Of a stretch of 64,000 nucleotides of DNA, positions 51,851 through 64,000 are shown one piece after another. The position numbers and the translations under genes are program-made. Origin of the DNA: Macrostomum lignano (taxonomy: Eukaryota). Numbering within the stretch: position 1 is the first letter of the stretch; each line of letters starts with the position of its first letter. The stretch spans positions 496,001 through 560,000 of the forward strand of contig NIVC01000283.1 of assembly GCA_002269645.1 (NCBI GenBank), in the 5' to 3' direction. A model generated the notes under the pieces. That model was not told the DNA's origin, did no database searches, and worked only from the letters and a program-made list of their open reading frames with translations.

Positions 51851-52116
51851 AACTTTGCCCACATCTACACACATCTTTTTAGCATGCTACATGTAAGCCT
51901 TATGGCTACCAGACATGCCATACTTGCCGACATGTATCGAAAAATATTTTCTTGCACTAACAATTATCTGTGCCGCACTTTAACATTCAGTGTTACCTTT
52001 AAAATAAAAAATTTAAATTAAAATAAAATAAAATAAACTAAAATTGTATAAAAAGTAAAGGAGAAAAAAAATACAAAAAATATATTCGCGCTAAAAAACT
52101 AAAATAATAAGTCTTT

Positions 52117-52188
52117 GATCCCTTGGGATTCGAACCCTGCTACACTCGAATACAAAGCAGTTGACTTATCCACTGAGCCAGCTCTTGC
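52117..52188 (-). other. tRNA-like segment (tRNA pseudogene or SINE head)
   Basis: Minus strand has A box TGGCTCAGTGG and B box GGTTCGAATCC at tRNA spacing. The acceptor and anticodon stems do not pair cleanly. Confidence 0.6.
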
Positions 52189-53729
52189 TTGAGCGAAAGG
52201 CCTACAGTACACGCAATTATATCGAAGATCGCCCATAGCAGCCATTTCTAACATTTTTGCTGCTTTTTCAAACATTTCTGCTCACTGCCTTGAACGGCTT
52301 CACCTACAAGCACGAGTCGCATTTATCTAATGCATTTTCAAACTATGTCAACAAATTTTACGGCTCCTAGGCGCCAAATTATGCATATTTACATGTTCTG
52401 ACAGGTATTCAAACAGTTATTGAGACATGTTAGCCTAAGAATCAGTTTTCAAAAACTGATTTAGTTGCATATTGCATCCGTAGTGCTGTAGTTAGACACC
52501 AAACTTGAGTCTCTAGGACTTGCCAATACAGTGTTATTAGCAAAAGTGAAAAAGAGGCAATTTTCTCGAAAATACACTTCTCCAGCCATATTGGCGTATG
52601 ACTGGTTAAACTTCAGCTATTCGGCTACACAATGTTGAAAAAAATTTCTAGAGTGTCTTGCGTCGTTCGAACAGGCATCCGATGAGCTGCAATTTGACAC
52701 CACACTCTAAAAAATTCGCCCGTTTTAAAAATTTTTCGTTAACAACGTCTAATTTTAAGAAGAGCCCCCGGCCTAATTTTTCCGTGGTTTCCGGGCCACT
52801 GCTCAGCACAGGTATCTTAAAATGCTTAGAAAATTCAGGAAAACATTTCCATACGTTGGACACGTTGTGTTAAAGTCTCGACACTGTAGCATATAACACT
52901 TTTTCAAGTTTGGAGACAACTGTTTAAAACGCGATACAATTTTTCAAAAACGACGGTTTTAAGCACTTTTCGGCACCTGGGCAAGTTATTAATGGCCCAA
53001 TCGGCCAGATATCGGTGTTTCCAAATAGATGACATCCATTAGAGTGATTAATTGTAAAAAAGCAAAAATAAAGTTTTCTGTCTCGACCAGATAGGCCTCA
53101 AAAGTGCACTAAAAATTTGTACTTTTAAAGTGAAGATAGGCAGCCATGTGAAAAGTACATTTTAGCCCGAAAAACTATAGCGCATCTAACAGGCCCAGGT
53201 GTTGTTGACTCTAGGAGGCAGCTCAAAAGCCGCGCGAAAGCGCGTCCTTTTCGCTACGGTGAGGCAAAAGCCAAATTTCGACCTTAAAAACACATTTTTT
53301 TACTTTTAGCCTGCAAGTTAAAGTGCAATAAAAATCCATTTCAGATCATTGTAGCGTTTGAATGCCCGTGTTTACTAAGCTTGCTCGCTAAGCGCTGCCA
53401 TATTCTCAATCCTTACTTTTTGAGTTCAAATTTTTTTAAGTCGAAAAATGGAGGTTTTGGTTGCCATGGCCACCAAAACGCCTTGCTATGGCAACTAAAC
53501 ACTACGGCTCTGGTAGCCCTAGGTCTTTGTCGCATTTTGGCAAAAACCGTTTGTAAATTGGTCAAGCCGTTTAAAAATGGCAGCATTTAAAAGTTGAAAA
53601 CGTCATTTTAGTGTGTGACATATGGCGCACATCTTATTAGGGACGATATCGCAACGGTAAGTACCATAGAAAAAAAATTTCCTTTAGTACTTACTGGCTC
53701 CATCGTCCCACAATTAGGGTGAAGGGGGC

Positions 53730-54135
53730 GCCTTCAAACAAATAGCCGCGATAACTTCGTCTCCTAGGATTCTGGCGGAAATTCAAACCAAACGTCTCTA
53801 TTAAAATCTTCAAGTTTACTAAAGCAAATACGGAGTGTAGATCAAAGTACACAGACAAATTTCGCATATCTTCTGGTTCAATGGACTGGGAGTGCCTAGC
53901 TCAGCCACTGGATGCAGTGAATTTACGTACTATTGCCTTCAGCGTCGCGTTAGCGGCATAAAATGCATCATCGTCGATGATGTTTAGTTGCCTAAGGAAG
54001 CGGAAGATTGCCGCACGGATGCAGATTAACGTCGCCGGCGCATAAAACCTACCATCAGGCTTTCGAGACGCACCATAAAAAAGCCGTAACAAACGATTGA
54101 TGGCTCCGTAGTCCGCAGTCATCAGGTCAATCCTT
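53730..54135 (-). pseudogene. CryptonA recombinase fragment
   Basis: INRLLRLFYGASRKPDGRFYAPATLICIRAAIFRFL…IIDDDAFYAANATL, then HSQSIEPEDM after a stop. Confidence 0.85.
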
Positions 54136-54225
54136 AGACGCGAAATTGCAAACTTCAGCGGCATATTGGTGAACAGTGACACGACGTCAAAACTGAGAAG
54201 TCTGTCAGCCGAACCGGTAGTGATC
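54136..54225 (-). mobile_element. Penelope-like (PLE) reverse-transcriptase scrap
   Basis: LLSFDVVSLFTNMP is the characteristic PLE RT motif; only ~30 codons are present. Confidence 0.65.
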
Positions 54226-57200
54226 ATTTTTTCTGAACCAATATGCAATCTACAGAATGCAGAGCCAATATGGGTATTGGTAACATTGTTTTTATTGTTT
54301 ATTACTTAAGACTTTGTGACTCCGTCTGCTGTGAGAGAACTACTGTGGTGAATTTATATCCAAATTTAGAAAGTACATCCACGGTATAATTTTTAGAAAA
54401 AATAGAAAATTCTTATTAGTAACGTTAAAATTTTCTTCTAGAAATGTCGCTAATATAATTTAAAGCTAACTTTAGTTCTAAGGCCTTAGTATAAATTTTA
54501 TATTAGTAAAATTTCTAGCTCTAGCTCGTACGGTAACAATACGTATAATAATTTAACACTAGCAGTTATTGTTTCAATGAATGAAGTTTCCAGAGATTGC
54601 GGCAATATACTACGCCATAATATAAATAAACATGTACCCAGTCAACAGCGTTTAAGTTCTTCTGCCAAATCTGATTTTCTTAAGCAAAAACCCCTGCCTA
54701 GCTCTATTTTTTGGCAATAAACCACCTTACAGCCCCACTTCTGTAAGTTTCTGGGCAATGCAAACTAGTCGAAGTGCACGAATTAAAAATTCACAAAGTC
54801 TGTTTTTTAAGCGTTCATCTATATTTCAACTACTGATTTTTAACAAATTGTGTAAAAAAATTTGATGTGTTATTTTATTTTTAGGCCAAGTTTTAGAGCT
54901 TAGATTTTATTATTTCATTTTAGAGAAATTCGCTAGCCCAATGCCAGCCCTGCGCAAGCCCACTCAAACAAAAATTTAACTGCCTGAGAAATGAAGCCAG
55001 TGTGATTTAATAAGCTGACATCTTTTAGGGCATAAATTTGGATTATACGAGCGTAATCTCTAAGTTTTACTTCAACGGCATCTGGAAAATAAGTTTAAAA
55101 TTTTGACGCGGCTGGGGTCATGGAATTATTATAACACAATTATCGTACGAGACTGCGCGAAACTTGTAATTTTAATACAATTGAATTAAAAATTTTGGCA
55201 ATATTTTTTACGTCTATTACAAGTATATGGTATTTAATTTTAATGAATTGTAATATTTTGTCAAAAACAGTTAAATTGCAATTCAATTATTGATGATAAT
55301 ACCCTTTAGCATTTCACTGTATGGCCACACCATTTTTATCGGCATTTGTAAGCTGCACAACTCAGGATTTTTTTCCCTGGCTATGTTATGATAAAAGTCA
55401 AATTCACTAAGACGCAAAATTTAAAATGCCCGGAAAAGGTACTCACGCGCGAGATTTGTGTGCACGCTTGATAAATTCGACAGTCCAAATTTCTTGCTGG
55501 AATGATTCATCAAATCACGTTCCTACCCATTACAATATAAATATAGCTCACTTAGCTTCTTAGTTCAATTACATCGAAATTTCGTAATATTTTCTAATTC
55601 ATTGTGCAGGAATTGTCAATTGCAATTTAAAAGGCGTGCATTCCAATTTCATTGCAACTATTTCCTTTATAGATGCACCTAAAATTACAATTTTACTTCG
55701 ATACACACTTTCAAATTTACACATATTCACATTGCTACTTAAAGTAGCGTATGCTCGTACCGTGGCGGTAGTTTATTGAGTTAGATTTATTTCTGAAAAG
55801 TAAAAAAGCTTAAAGCAAAAAGGTATTTAAGCCACATAAAAAATGGTCGCTAAATAGATGAGAGACCATCCTTCAGCGACCATTGACCTGTCACGCCGTA
55901 ACCATCATATAGCTACCATCCTCCCTGACCACCCGAACGACTATCCGTGCTATCATCGAAGCGACCATTCGTGCGACCATCAACGCGACCATCAGAGTGA
56001 CCATCCCTGGGACCAATAATATGACCAATCGGGCTAAACTTCCATACCTGAAGACCGTCCCAACTGTCACTGTCCCTGTTACGGCCTGTTTGTCGACTAA
56101 TAAAACTAATAGACGCCTACCTTAAGATACGTAGTTGGAATATACTATATCATATATTTCAACTACCTATTTATTTTAACTTGCAGTGTACTGTTCCATC
56201 TTCGACCTGATTTATACTTCAGGTCGCTATTTAAAACTTGTTCTGAACTTCACTGTCATAATGTGTGAGCAAAATGGCTCGTAGACTTTGCAAAGTCTAC
56301 ACTTTGCCAATGGGTTATCGGTTTCAGTGTATTTATTATCGCATGTGCATATCAGGAAAGAAAGCAAACGTTATATAGAGAAGCACCTGAAGTGCGTGCG
56401 CACTGTATCCGGCCCCTGGTGGTTGCTGTTAATTAAAATTCACCTTCTGACATTCGAGAGTGACTCTCATCAAAAGGAAGGCAAGTTGAAAGAGGCAGTT
56501 GCAACTCCCTAAATTAATCGAGGGTTAGCAGAGAGAGGAGGAGTATGCAAAGCGGAAGAGGAAGGGAAGGTAGAGGGAAAGTGAGGGTGGAGTGCGGATA
56601 GAGGGAAAGGAAGGGTGGTGGGTTAAATTAACCAAGCTGGGCTTTTTATGTACAAAAACTTACATAAGTAAATTTGCTTAAGAAAAAATGCACCACGATA
56701 TGTGTGGAGTAAAGAAAAGTAAAGGCGGAGGAGAGTACGTATTATTCCTTACAGAAATGAATAGACCGACACTGGATGGAAAGGTAGTTACATAAAAACG
56801 GGTAGGTACTATTTTTACACAGCTAAAATAAAACTGTGAAGTGTGTAAAATACTAAGTGACTGAATGTTATCAAATGGTACTAATTGTAATATAAGGCAT
56901 ATAAATGACATGCCAGCTGTTAGGCGCTGGAAAAGGGAGGGTTACTGGTACACGTACACCGGAAAATCCGTAAGATTACCGTATTAGAATTGATATATTT
57001 TTTCCTTCGGAGCTATAATCAGCCCGGTCCGTAGTTTCGCCAGCTCTGCCCGCAGCACACTCGGTAACAACTGTGGTAGCAGGAGAGTCGGGAGCCTGAA
57101 CCGACGCGCTGCATACCCCGTCCGAAGCATGCTCGACAGCTGCTGTGGTAGCTCGATAGTCGGAAGGCTGATCCGAAGGGCCGCTAGCAGCTTTGTTCAC

Positions 57201-58105
57201 AGCGTGATTCGTTGATTTCGCCTCTCGGTCGGAATCAGCAGAGCTGGCGCTAGGCAGCGCGCCGACCGATCGTTGGGTCTTCGAGGAGCTGGCCTTGCCG
57301 ATAGCAGCAGCGCCGGCATTAGCGTCGCCACGTTCCTGTGTGCTGTGTGTTCGTCTAAATTAAATACATTGTGGTGCCCGGGTGCACTTGCACCGATGAG
57401 CAATCTCTGGCTCTCGGTCAAAGTGTGCCCGACTCTGCACTCCCACCCCCCCGGCCGCGTGCCTGCGCCAACCCCCCCCCCATTCTGTCTGCGTCAACCC
57501 CCCTCCAGTTGCACCACCCCACTGCCTGTTAGGCCAGCTGGCTTTGGCTGGCTGCGGCCCCAGTGCGCCCCCTCGCTCACCCTGCGATTGGCTGGTGGTC
57601 CAGCCAATCGGTTTGTTTCCTCTCCCCTCCAATCGCGACCCCGACTTGTAACTTTTTTTGTTGGATAAGACGATCGTAATTTTAGCTAGCTGGGCCTGGG
57701 GTAGCAATACCCCAGGGCTTAACCAGCTAGCACAAATATAAATATATGTAGGAGCGGCAATAGGGGAGGCATCTCTCTCTCTTTCCTTGGAATTGTGCAA
57801 GTCACAGCCATAAGTCTAATACTACAATCCAGATACCTGTCTATTCTATATACTGAAGAGAGAACATTGAGAGAAGCCACCCCTGCTGCCGCCACCGCTG
57901 TTACCCGGAGAAACAGAGTGAGTCGCGTGTCTTTCTTATTTGAGGGACTGGCGGGAATTAATCTGTGCATTAGGGACGGGCTGATTAAGTCTCCTGACGC
58001 GATCCCCCGCTCAGAGTCCGAATTCAGTCCGGCCAGTTGACTGACGCCATCTTCAGCTCGTTCACTGTGATAGTCAGGGTAGTGATCCGGCCTATAGCAC
58101 AACAT

Positions 58106-58123
58106 TGGTGCCGTGACCAGGAT
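58106..58123 (+). promoter_or_regulatory. Primer-binding site complementary to the tRNA-His 3' end
   Basis: TGGTGCCGTGACCAGGAT, one base after an LTR-like …CAACA end (58104). It matches the reverse complement of the eukaryotic tRNA-His 3' end (TGGTGCCGTGACTCGGAT) at 16/18. Confidence 0.8.
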
Positions 58124-58271
58124 TGTTTAAGGTTTAGTTTACTAGTAGAGAACCTGGGTTGTACTTTTATGATCTAGCAGTTTGGAGTGCACTTGATATT
58201 TAGTCTGATTTTCTGCCTAGACTACTCGTAGTTGAATCTTCCCATCTTGCTTTCTCCTCGTCGCCGCCATA

Positions 58272-59193
58272 ATGGCCAACATCGATGCCCTAATTGACGC
58301 ACTCGCCACCAGAGTGCAGAACTAAATGAATATCGGACAGAGAGTCCCCAGACCGTCAAATTTTGCCCTACGCCAGGACTTCCAACTTTGGTTCCAACAG
58401 TTTACAGCGTACTGTGAGGCTGCAGAAATCCCTGAGGAAGATAGGAAGCAGCACCTACTCAGTATGATGGACTTAAACTCAGCTTACCGAGCCATTGCCA
58501 ACCTTGAGTTGCCAGACAATCTAGAGTTTGACGATTTTGTTGAGCGCCTTTCACAGCGGTTTAATCAGCATTAAGGATGAATCTGTGGAAGATTATGCCG
58601 ACGCCCTTCGAGAAATTGTCCGCCGGGCCTACCCAAACCTGCCGGTGGAACAGAGAGATGAGTTAGCAAGAGACCGGTTCCTACTAGGTGCCAGAATCGC
58701 CGATAGAATTCGTGAACACTTGCTATTGGAGGAACCGGGTACCCTCGACGCAGCTTGTAGGCGTGTAAGGCAGAGTATGGCATCCCTCCGCACAGCTCCA
58801 GCGAGCACTGAGAAACCTTGGCCCTCAGCGAACGTATCCGCAAGTAACACACAAGATGAGGCAGTCAGACTCCGCGAAGAGCTGAAAGAACTGAGAGCGG
58901 AGCTGCAAGTCCTGAAGGCTGGATCGGGAACTGGAGTCCGCTATCATGAGCACCCTAATCCCCAACCCGGCCAGGCTGCAGCACCAGCTCAGAGAACTTT
59001 CCAGTGTGGTCGTTGCCTTGAGACCACCCACACGACCCAGCAATGCAGAAATCCTATAGTTTGCAATTACTGCAACCGGCCTGGTCACAAACGGGCCAGG
59101 TGTTTTAAACTGCAGAGAGACCAGCAGCAAACGGGAAACGGTCAGGGGACCTGGAGGCGGAGCCGCCCAGGCACCCACCCGAACCAGCAGTAG
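58272..59193 (+). pseudogene. gag: Ty3/Gypsy gag (stop near the start, frameshift ~58570), two CCHC knuckles
   Basis: DFQLWFQQFTAYC, ESVEDYADALREIVRRAYP…LARDRFLLG, CGRCLETTHTTQQC and CNYCNRPGHKRARC. Confidence 0.9.
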
Positions 59194-59199
59194 AGGCCC

Positions 59200-61270
59200 A
59201 ACCCAGCGCACCGAGCCAACCCGCACAAGGTACAGAACTTGGTTTTGTCGATGTGATATTTGAAGGCAGATTACGAATGTGTCGGGAGAACCTGTAGTAC
59301 TGACAAAAGGAAAGCAGATTGGCTGGTTCTCGCCCGTCCATGGCAGCCAACCAAATCATGATGAAGCACCCAAGGCACAAGTTAACCAGGTCTCTTGACA
59401 AAGACTGGGATCCTGTAGAGCATCTGGGCAGCTGGGACTCGCCGGACTTGTCCGAAGACCAGCAGATGTCGTTCATAAAGTTGATCCGTCAGAACAGAGA
59501 TGTCTTCGCCAAGGATGATAGCGAGCTGGGTTCAACTGACCAGGCAATGCATACCATAGACACCGGGGACGCCAGGCCAACTAGAGAACCACCACGCCGC
59601 ATCCTGCCGCACATAAGGCCAGAAATCGATAAAGAAATCGACAGGCTAATAGACTGCGGTAGGATCTACGAGTGTCAATCCCCGTGGGTCAGCCCGGTCG
59701 TACAAGTGCGGAAGAAGGACGGATCCATCAGGCTGTGCCTGGATTATCGCCGACTAAATGAAGTAACCAATCCTGACCCATTTCCGCCGCCGCGAATGGA
59801 TGAAACTTTAGAAGCACTTGCAGGAAATGCTAATTTTTCAACTCTAGACTTGGCTTCAGGCTATCATCAATGCCCGCTAGATCCAAAAGATCAACTTAAG
59901 ACGGCATTCGTAGTTCCAAATAGAGGTCAGTTCGCCTGGCGATATGTGAGTTTTGGGCTAAGAAATGCCCCGGCGACTTTCATCAAGCTGATGAACCTTG
60001 TCATGGCTTGGCTGACATGGAGAGAGTGTCTTGTGTATTTGACGATGTAATAGTTTTTTCAAAGTCCTACGAAGAGCATTTTGAGCGGCTCCAGCATGTT
60101 TTCGATCGCTTACGAACTGCTGGGATCCGCTTGAAAGCCAAGAAATGCCATTTTTTGTCCAAGGAAGCCAAGTTCTTAGGGCACGTCGTATCGTCTGAAG
60201 GTATTGCGACAGATCCTGCGAAGACACAAGAAATTCGAAACTGGCCCACACCCAAGAATATAAAAGAACTGCAGTCATTTTTGGGCCTCTGCTCCTACTA
60301 CAGAAATTTCGTGAATGACTTCTCAGTTAAGGCAGCCGCGTTGTTGAAGCTCATGCGCAAGGACTCACAGTTTATGTGGGGCCCAGAACAACAGCAGGCG
60401 TTTTCCGAACTCAAGAAATCGCTAACATCAGCGGAGATCATGGCCTATCCAGACTTTTCCGAGGGAGCTGGACCATTTGTGCTGGACACCGACGCCAGCT
60501 CAAAGATTGGGATCGGTGCAGTCTTGTCACAATGCCAACCCGATGGGTCAGAGCGCGTCATTGCCTATGGATCCAGGTCGCTGGCAGATTGTGAAAGAAA
60601 CTACTGTACTACCAGACTAGAACTCCTAGCGATAGTTCACTTCGTAAAGCTGTACAAGTACTATTTGCTGGGAAGGAAATTTAAGATACGGACAGACCAT
60701 AGCGCTCTCTCGTGGTTGACAAATCGAGGACGTCGAGGGGCAATGTGCTAGATGGCTTGAGACGCTGCAGCGTTACGACTTTGAGATCTCGCACAGGAAG
60801 GGAATTTTCCATCAGAATGCGAATAGCCTTTCGCAGAAATTTCGACGGCATTGGGCTCAAGACTCGTGCCCAACGTTCAGCAGTCCACCCCTTGTTAAAG
60901 AACAGGTAAACGTAATGCTGGCTTCGCCGCTAAACAAAGATCATCTCAAGGAGGCTCAAAATCAAGATCCGGCTCTGGTACGAATCAGGCAGTTTTTAGA
61001 TGGCAAGATCACGCAAATAGACCCAATCATCAGTCCAACCATGAGAGAAATCTGGGCCCACCGAAATCAGATAGAAGTGGACGATGAACTCTTCCTAATT
61101 CGAGTTCCAGGCACCTCGCGAAAAAAATAGTCTTGCCTGACTGTCTCTTCGAGGAAGTCGCCAAAATCTTACACGATGGTGCAAGCGGCTGTCACCTAGG
61201 AATTAAAAAAACCCAAGCGAAATTCATACAGCGGTTTTGGTGGCCGGGACTGTCCCGCAAGGTTGAAGAG
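59200..61270 (+). pseudogene. pol: Ty3/Gypsy pol: RT, RNase H and integrase N-terminus; protease core missing; 3'-truncated; several frameshifts
   Basis: RLCLDYRRLNE, LDLASGYHQ, YL/DDVIVFS (frameshift ~60045), LDTDASSKIGIGAVLSQ, TRLELLAI, IRTDHSALSWL and LHDGASGCHLG…RFWWPG. Ends before the integrase C-x2-C and DDE core. Confidence 0.95.
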
Positions 61271-61430
61271 GTGCTGCTGCTGCTTCTCGTCCTGCTGTTG
61301 CTGCTGCTGCTGCTGATGCTGCTGCTTATGCTGCTGATGCTGCTGCTGCTGCTGCTGCTCTTGGGGCTGTTGCCCATCGTGCCGTTGCTTTTAGCTCTGA
61401 TGCAGTTGCAGTTGCAGTTGACAGATGTAT
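61270..61430. repeat. Degenerate (CTG)n microsatellite at the Gypsy breakpoint
   Basis: GCT/GAT/GTT triplet run read directly. Confidence 0.85.
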
Positions 61431-63339
61431 GGATACGGCAAAATTGGATAGGGTTGTGTAAAAAAACATCGATGGGTATGGAGAGAAGCCAGGGAAGAAG
61501 TAATTCATTTGAGTAAGATGAAAGGAAACGAGAAATTGAAAGAAAAGAAATAAAAATGAAATGAAAAGAAGTGAAAATGAAAAGAAAAGAAATGACATGA
61601 GCCAAGAGTAATAATTTCTTTCGAAAAATGTAGAAATTAGAAAGTGATAAACTTGCAGCGTGAGGCACAGCTGAGAAAAGTTTCAGATCTGTCGCCGAAT
61701 CGATCGATGCATTCTATTTTTATTTCAAACGCAGAGTTACGTTTCTTACTCATCTAACGAATATAATAACTTCAAGTGCACATGAAGGATTTACGAAGTG
61801 TAGGATTTACGAGTGTGGTACTTATGCACTTGAAGTTATAATAACTACTGAGTTTCGCAACAACCCTCGGACCACTATTTTAGTTTAATTGATTGAATTG
61901 AGAGGCGGGTGTCGCTATTAAAGTGATATTATTATCGAAATTTTTGAATAAGAAGTCCTGGGCATTGGCTTGGTTGTTAATTTCAATGCATCAACTTGCA
62001 GGCCTCTCACTGTAGCTGGCGCTGAATGTACACCTTATAAATTTGAATGCTTTAAAGCAGGAATTTTCAATCGTTGTTTGTGCTTCGAATTTTTTTTCAG
62101 AAGAGAGCCTTGTATTGCTGAAAAGAGCTAGAAACACTGAGTTCGGGAATATAATTTTTTGCTGAGATTTGAAAAATTAAAAGCACAGCATTAAAAAGAA
62201 GATTTCCATGCATTTTACTTTATATACTCATTGTACGCTCTCCCATATCGAAAAACCCTTCTGTGACGAATTTAGGATGACTATTTACGAAGTAGTGAAC
62301 GATGTCGATGTTGCGTCGGATGTCGAGAGTTTATTTTAATCAATTCACAATTGATAATAACCTAGTTCGTCTGATACTATAGATAGCGATGAGCGTTGGT
62401 AGTACTAGTAGTATTGTAATGAAACGGTGTGGAGGAAGGCATGAGCGAGAGGAAGAAAAATATTTGAATAAGTTTTATATACTGCTAACTATTTCTATGA
62501 ATTATACGGTATTACAAAAATACGTCAACGCTAATAAATTAAATAAGTAGGTTGAATTTAAGTGTAATGTACATGTAAAAAGAGATTATATACTGTATGT
62601 TTTACAGGTACGACGCAGAATAGGAAAGAAGTATGAAAGTGACATCGTCACACTCGCCTCTTTTCCAAAAAGAGGTTTAGCTCGTAGCTACACTACTTAC
62701 AAGTAGAAGGCTGTGTGCATACTAATTATTGAAAGAATATCGAACGTCCTAGAGTGAACATGTGTCTTTAAAAAGCATATTGTTGAGTTATTTTGAGTAT
62801 AGTTTCATTAATAGGAAAGCTTCAGAGCAAAACATCAAATCGAAGATTGTACGAGCTACTATTAAGACAAGGCAAAAAGCGAATCAATAATTGCTGAAAA
62901 TTATCGAATTAAAGTAAATAATGCATCAATATTTGAAGTGTAAATTAAAAACAAACAAATGCAATATCAAAGAATTTCAACCTATGTAGAGTAAGAATAA
63001 TAAGTAATATGCAGATGGGTCAATGAAAAAACCAGCAGAATTAAGCACACTGGAAGACGCCGCCGATGCGACGGAGTTGAGAAGGCGAAAACGATGCAGA
63101 ATGCATCCGCTGCAGAGTGCAGCCAGCCGACAGACGGCTCACCAGCTGGGCCGGTTTCGGTGGACCGCACGGGCGCGCCCCCGATGGGACGCAGAAGCCG
63201 CCCAGACTCGCGCACAGTGGCGCAGAAAAAACAGGCACATAGAAAAGAAAGAACGCTGAAAAACGCCTATGGCGTCCGGCTTTCGAGGGCCGGTACCGCA
63301 ACAAATAGAATGTTTCACACGCTCAAATTGCTGAGATGT

Positions 63340-63960
63340 CAAGGCTTGTAGGGGGGATTGCTGAGATGTTAAGGCTTAAGAGGGAATTGCTGATGTGTCA
63401 AGTCTTGCTGAGGGAAATTGCTGAGAGGCCAAGGCTTAAGAGGGAATTGCTCGGATGTCAAGGTTTGGGGGGAATGTTTGAGCAAATAAAAAGTAAAAAT
63501 AATGTAAAATAAGAATAAAAATAATAGCCTTAAAAATAGTAATTGGTGAAATATCAGGGCTTAAGATAGAATTGCTGAGATGTCAAGGCTCAAGAGGAAA
63601 TTGCTGAGATATCAAGGAATAAGATGAAATTTCTGATAGGTCAAGGCTTGAAGATTGGAAATGCTGAGATTTCAACGCTTAAGGCGGATCTCTGAAATGT
63701 CAAGTCTTGGGAGGAAAATTACTGAGATGTCAAGGCTTGAGGTGAATCGGTGAGAGGTCAAGGCTTTGGACGGGGAGAAATTTCTAAGATGTCAAGACTT
63801 AGTGGAGGAATTACTGAGATGTCAAGGCTTTGGACGTGGAGAATTTGGTAAGATTCCAAAACTTGCGCCGGAATCGCTGAGATGTCAATGCTTGGGGGGA
63901 ATTTCTGAGGTGTCAAGGCTTAGGGAATTGCTGAGATGTTTAAGGTCTTGGGGGGAATTC
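63340..63960. repeat. Degenerate minisatellite, ~30-35-bp unit GAATTGCTGAGATGTCAAGGCTT…
   Basis: The core TGAGATGTCAAGGCT recurs many times with variable spacers and one AT-rich interruption. Confidence 0.85.
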
Positions 63961-64000
63961 TATGGATTGGGGATTCTTTGGATGAGGGAGGGGTGCTTCT

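Noticed and set aside
52117-52188. Functional tRNA gene
   Set aside because: A and B boxes are present but the cloverleaf stems are not; reported only as tRNA-like.
57360-58104. Exact 5' boundary of the Gypsy LTR
   Set aside because: The 3' LTR is absent, so several TG starts (e.g. 57648, 57794) cannot be distinguished; only the 58104 end is supported.
27400-61130. Idea that all frameshifts are long-read assembly errors
   Set aside because: Not adopted as a general explanation because the hAT, helicase and most of the YR are uninterrupted over kilobases. Individual indels in homopolymers still need read-level checks.

Overview
Eukaryotic, most likely invertebrate-animal, DNA: short GT-AG introns, AT-rich spacers and GC-richer poly-Q/A/S exons. 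No ordinary host gene is recognisable; the window is a nest of mobile elements and minisatellites. It holds two decayed CACTA/EnSpm transposases with several BEN/DUF4806-like accessory genes, a near-complete CryptonA, two further Crypton-like fragments, an apparently intact spliced hAT transposase, a deleted MULE with a perfect 9-bp TSD, a Ulp1-protease relic, a truncated Ty3/Gypsy with a tRNA-His PBS, and LINE and Penelope scraps. The most unusual object is a ~7-kb segment (~28.6-35.9 kb). It pairs a spliced, open Rep/NS1-like SF3 helicase gene (+) with a convergent large tyrosine recombinase unlike CryptonA (-). It is preceded by four 18-bp iteron-like repeats and a TAATATTAC nonamer, and two hairpins lie between the genes. 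This suggests an integrative, circle-forming, possibly self-replicating element. All family assignments come from motif recognition by eye; no database search was run.
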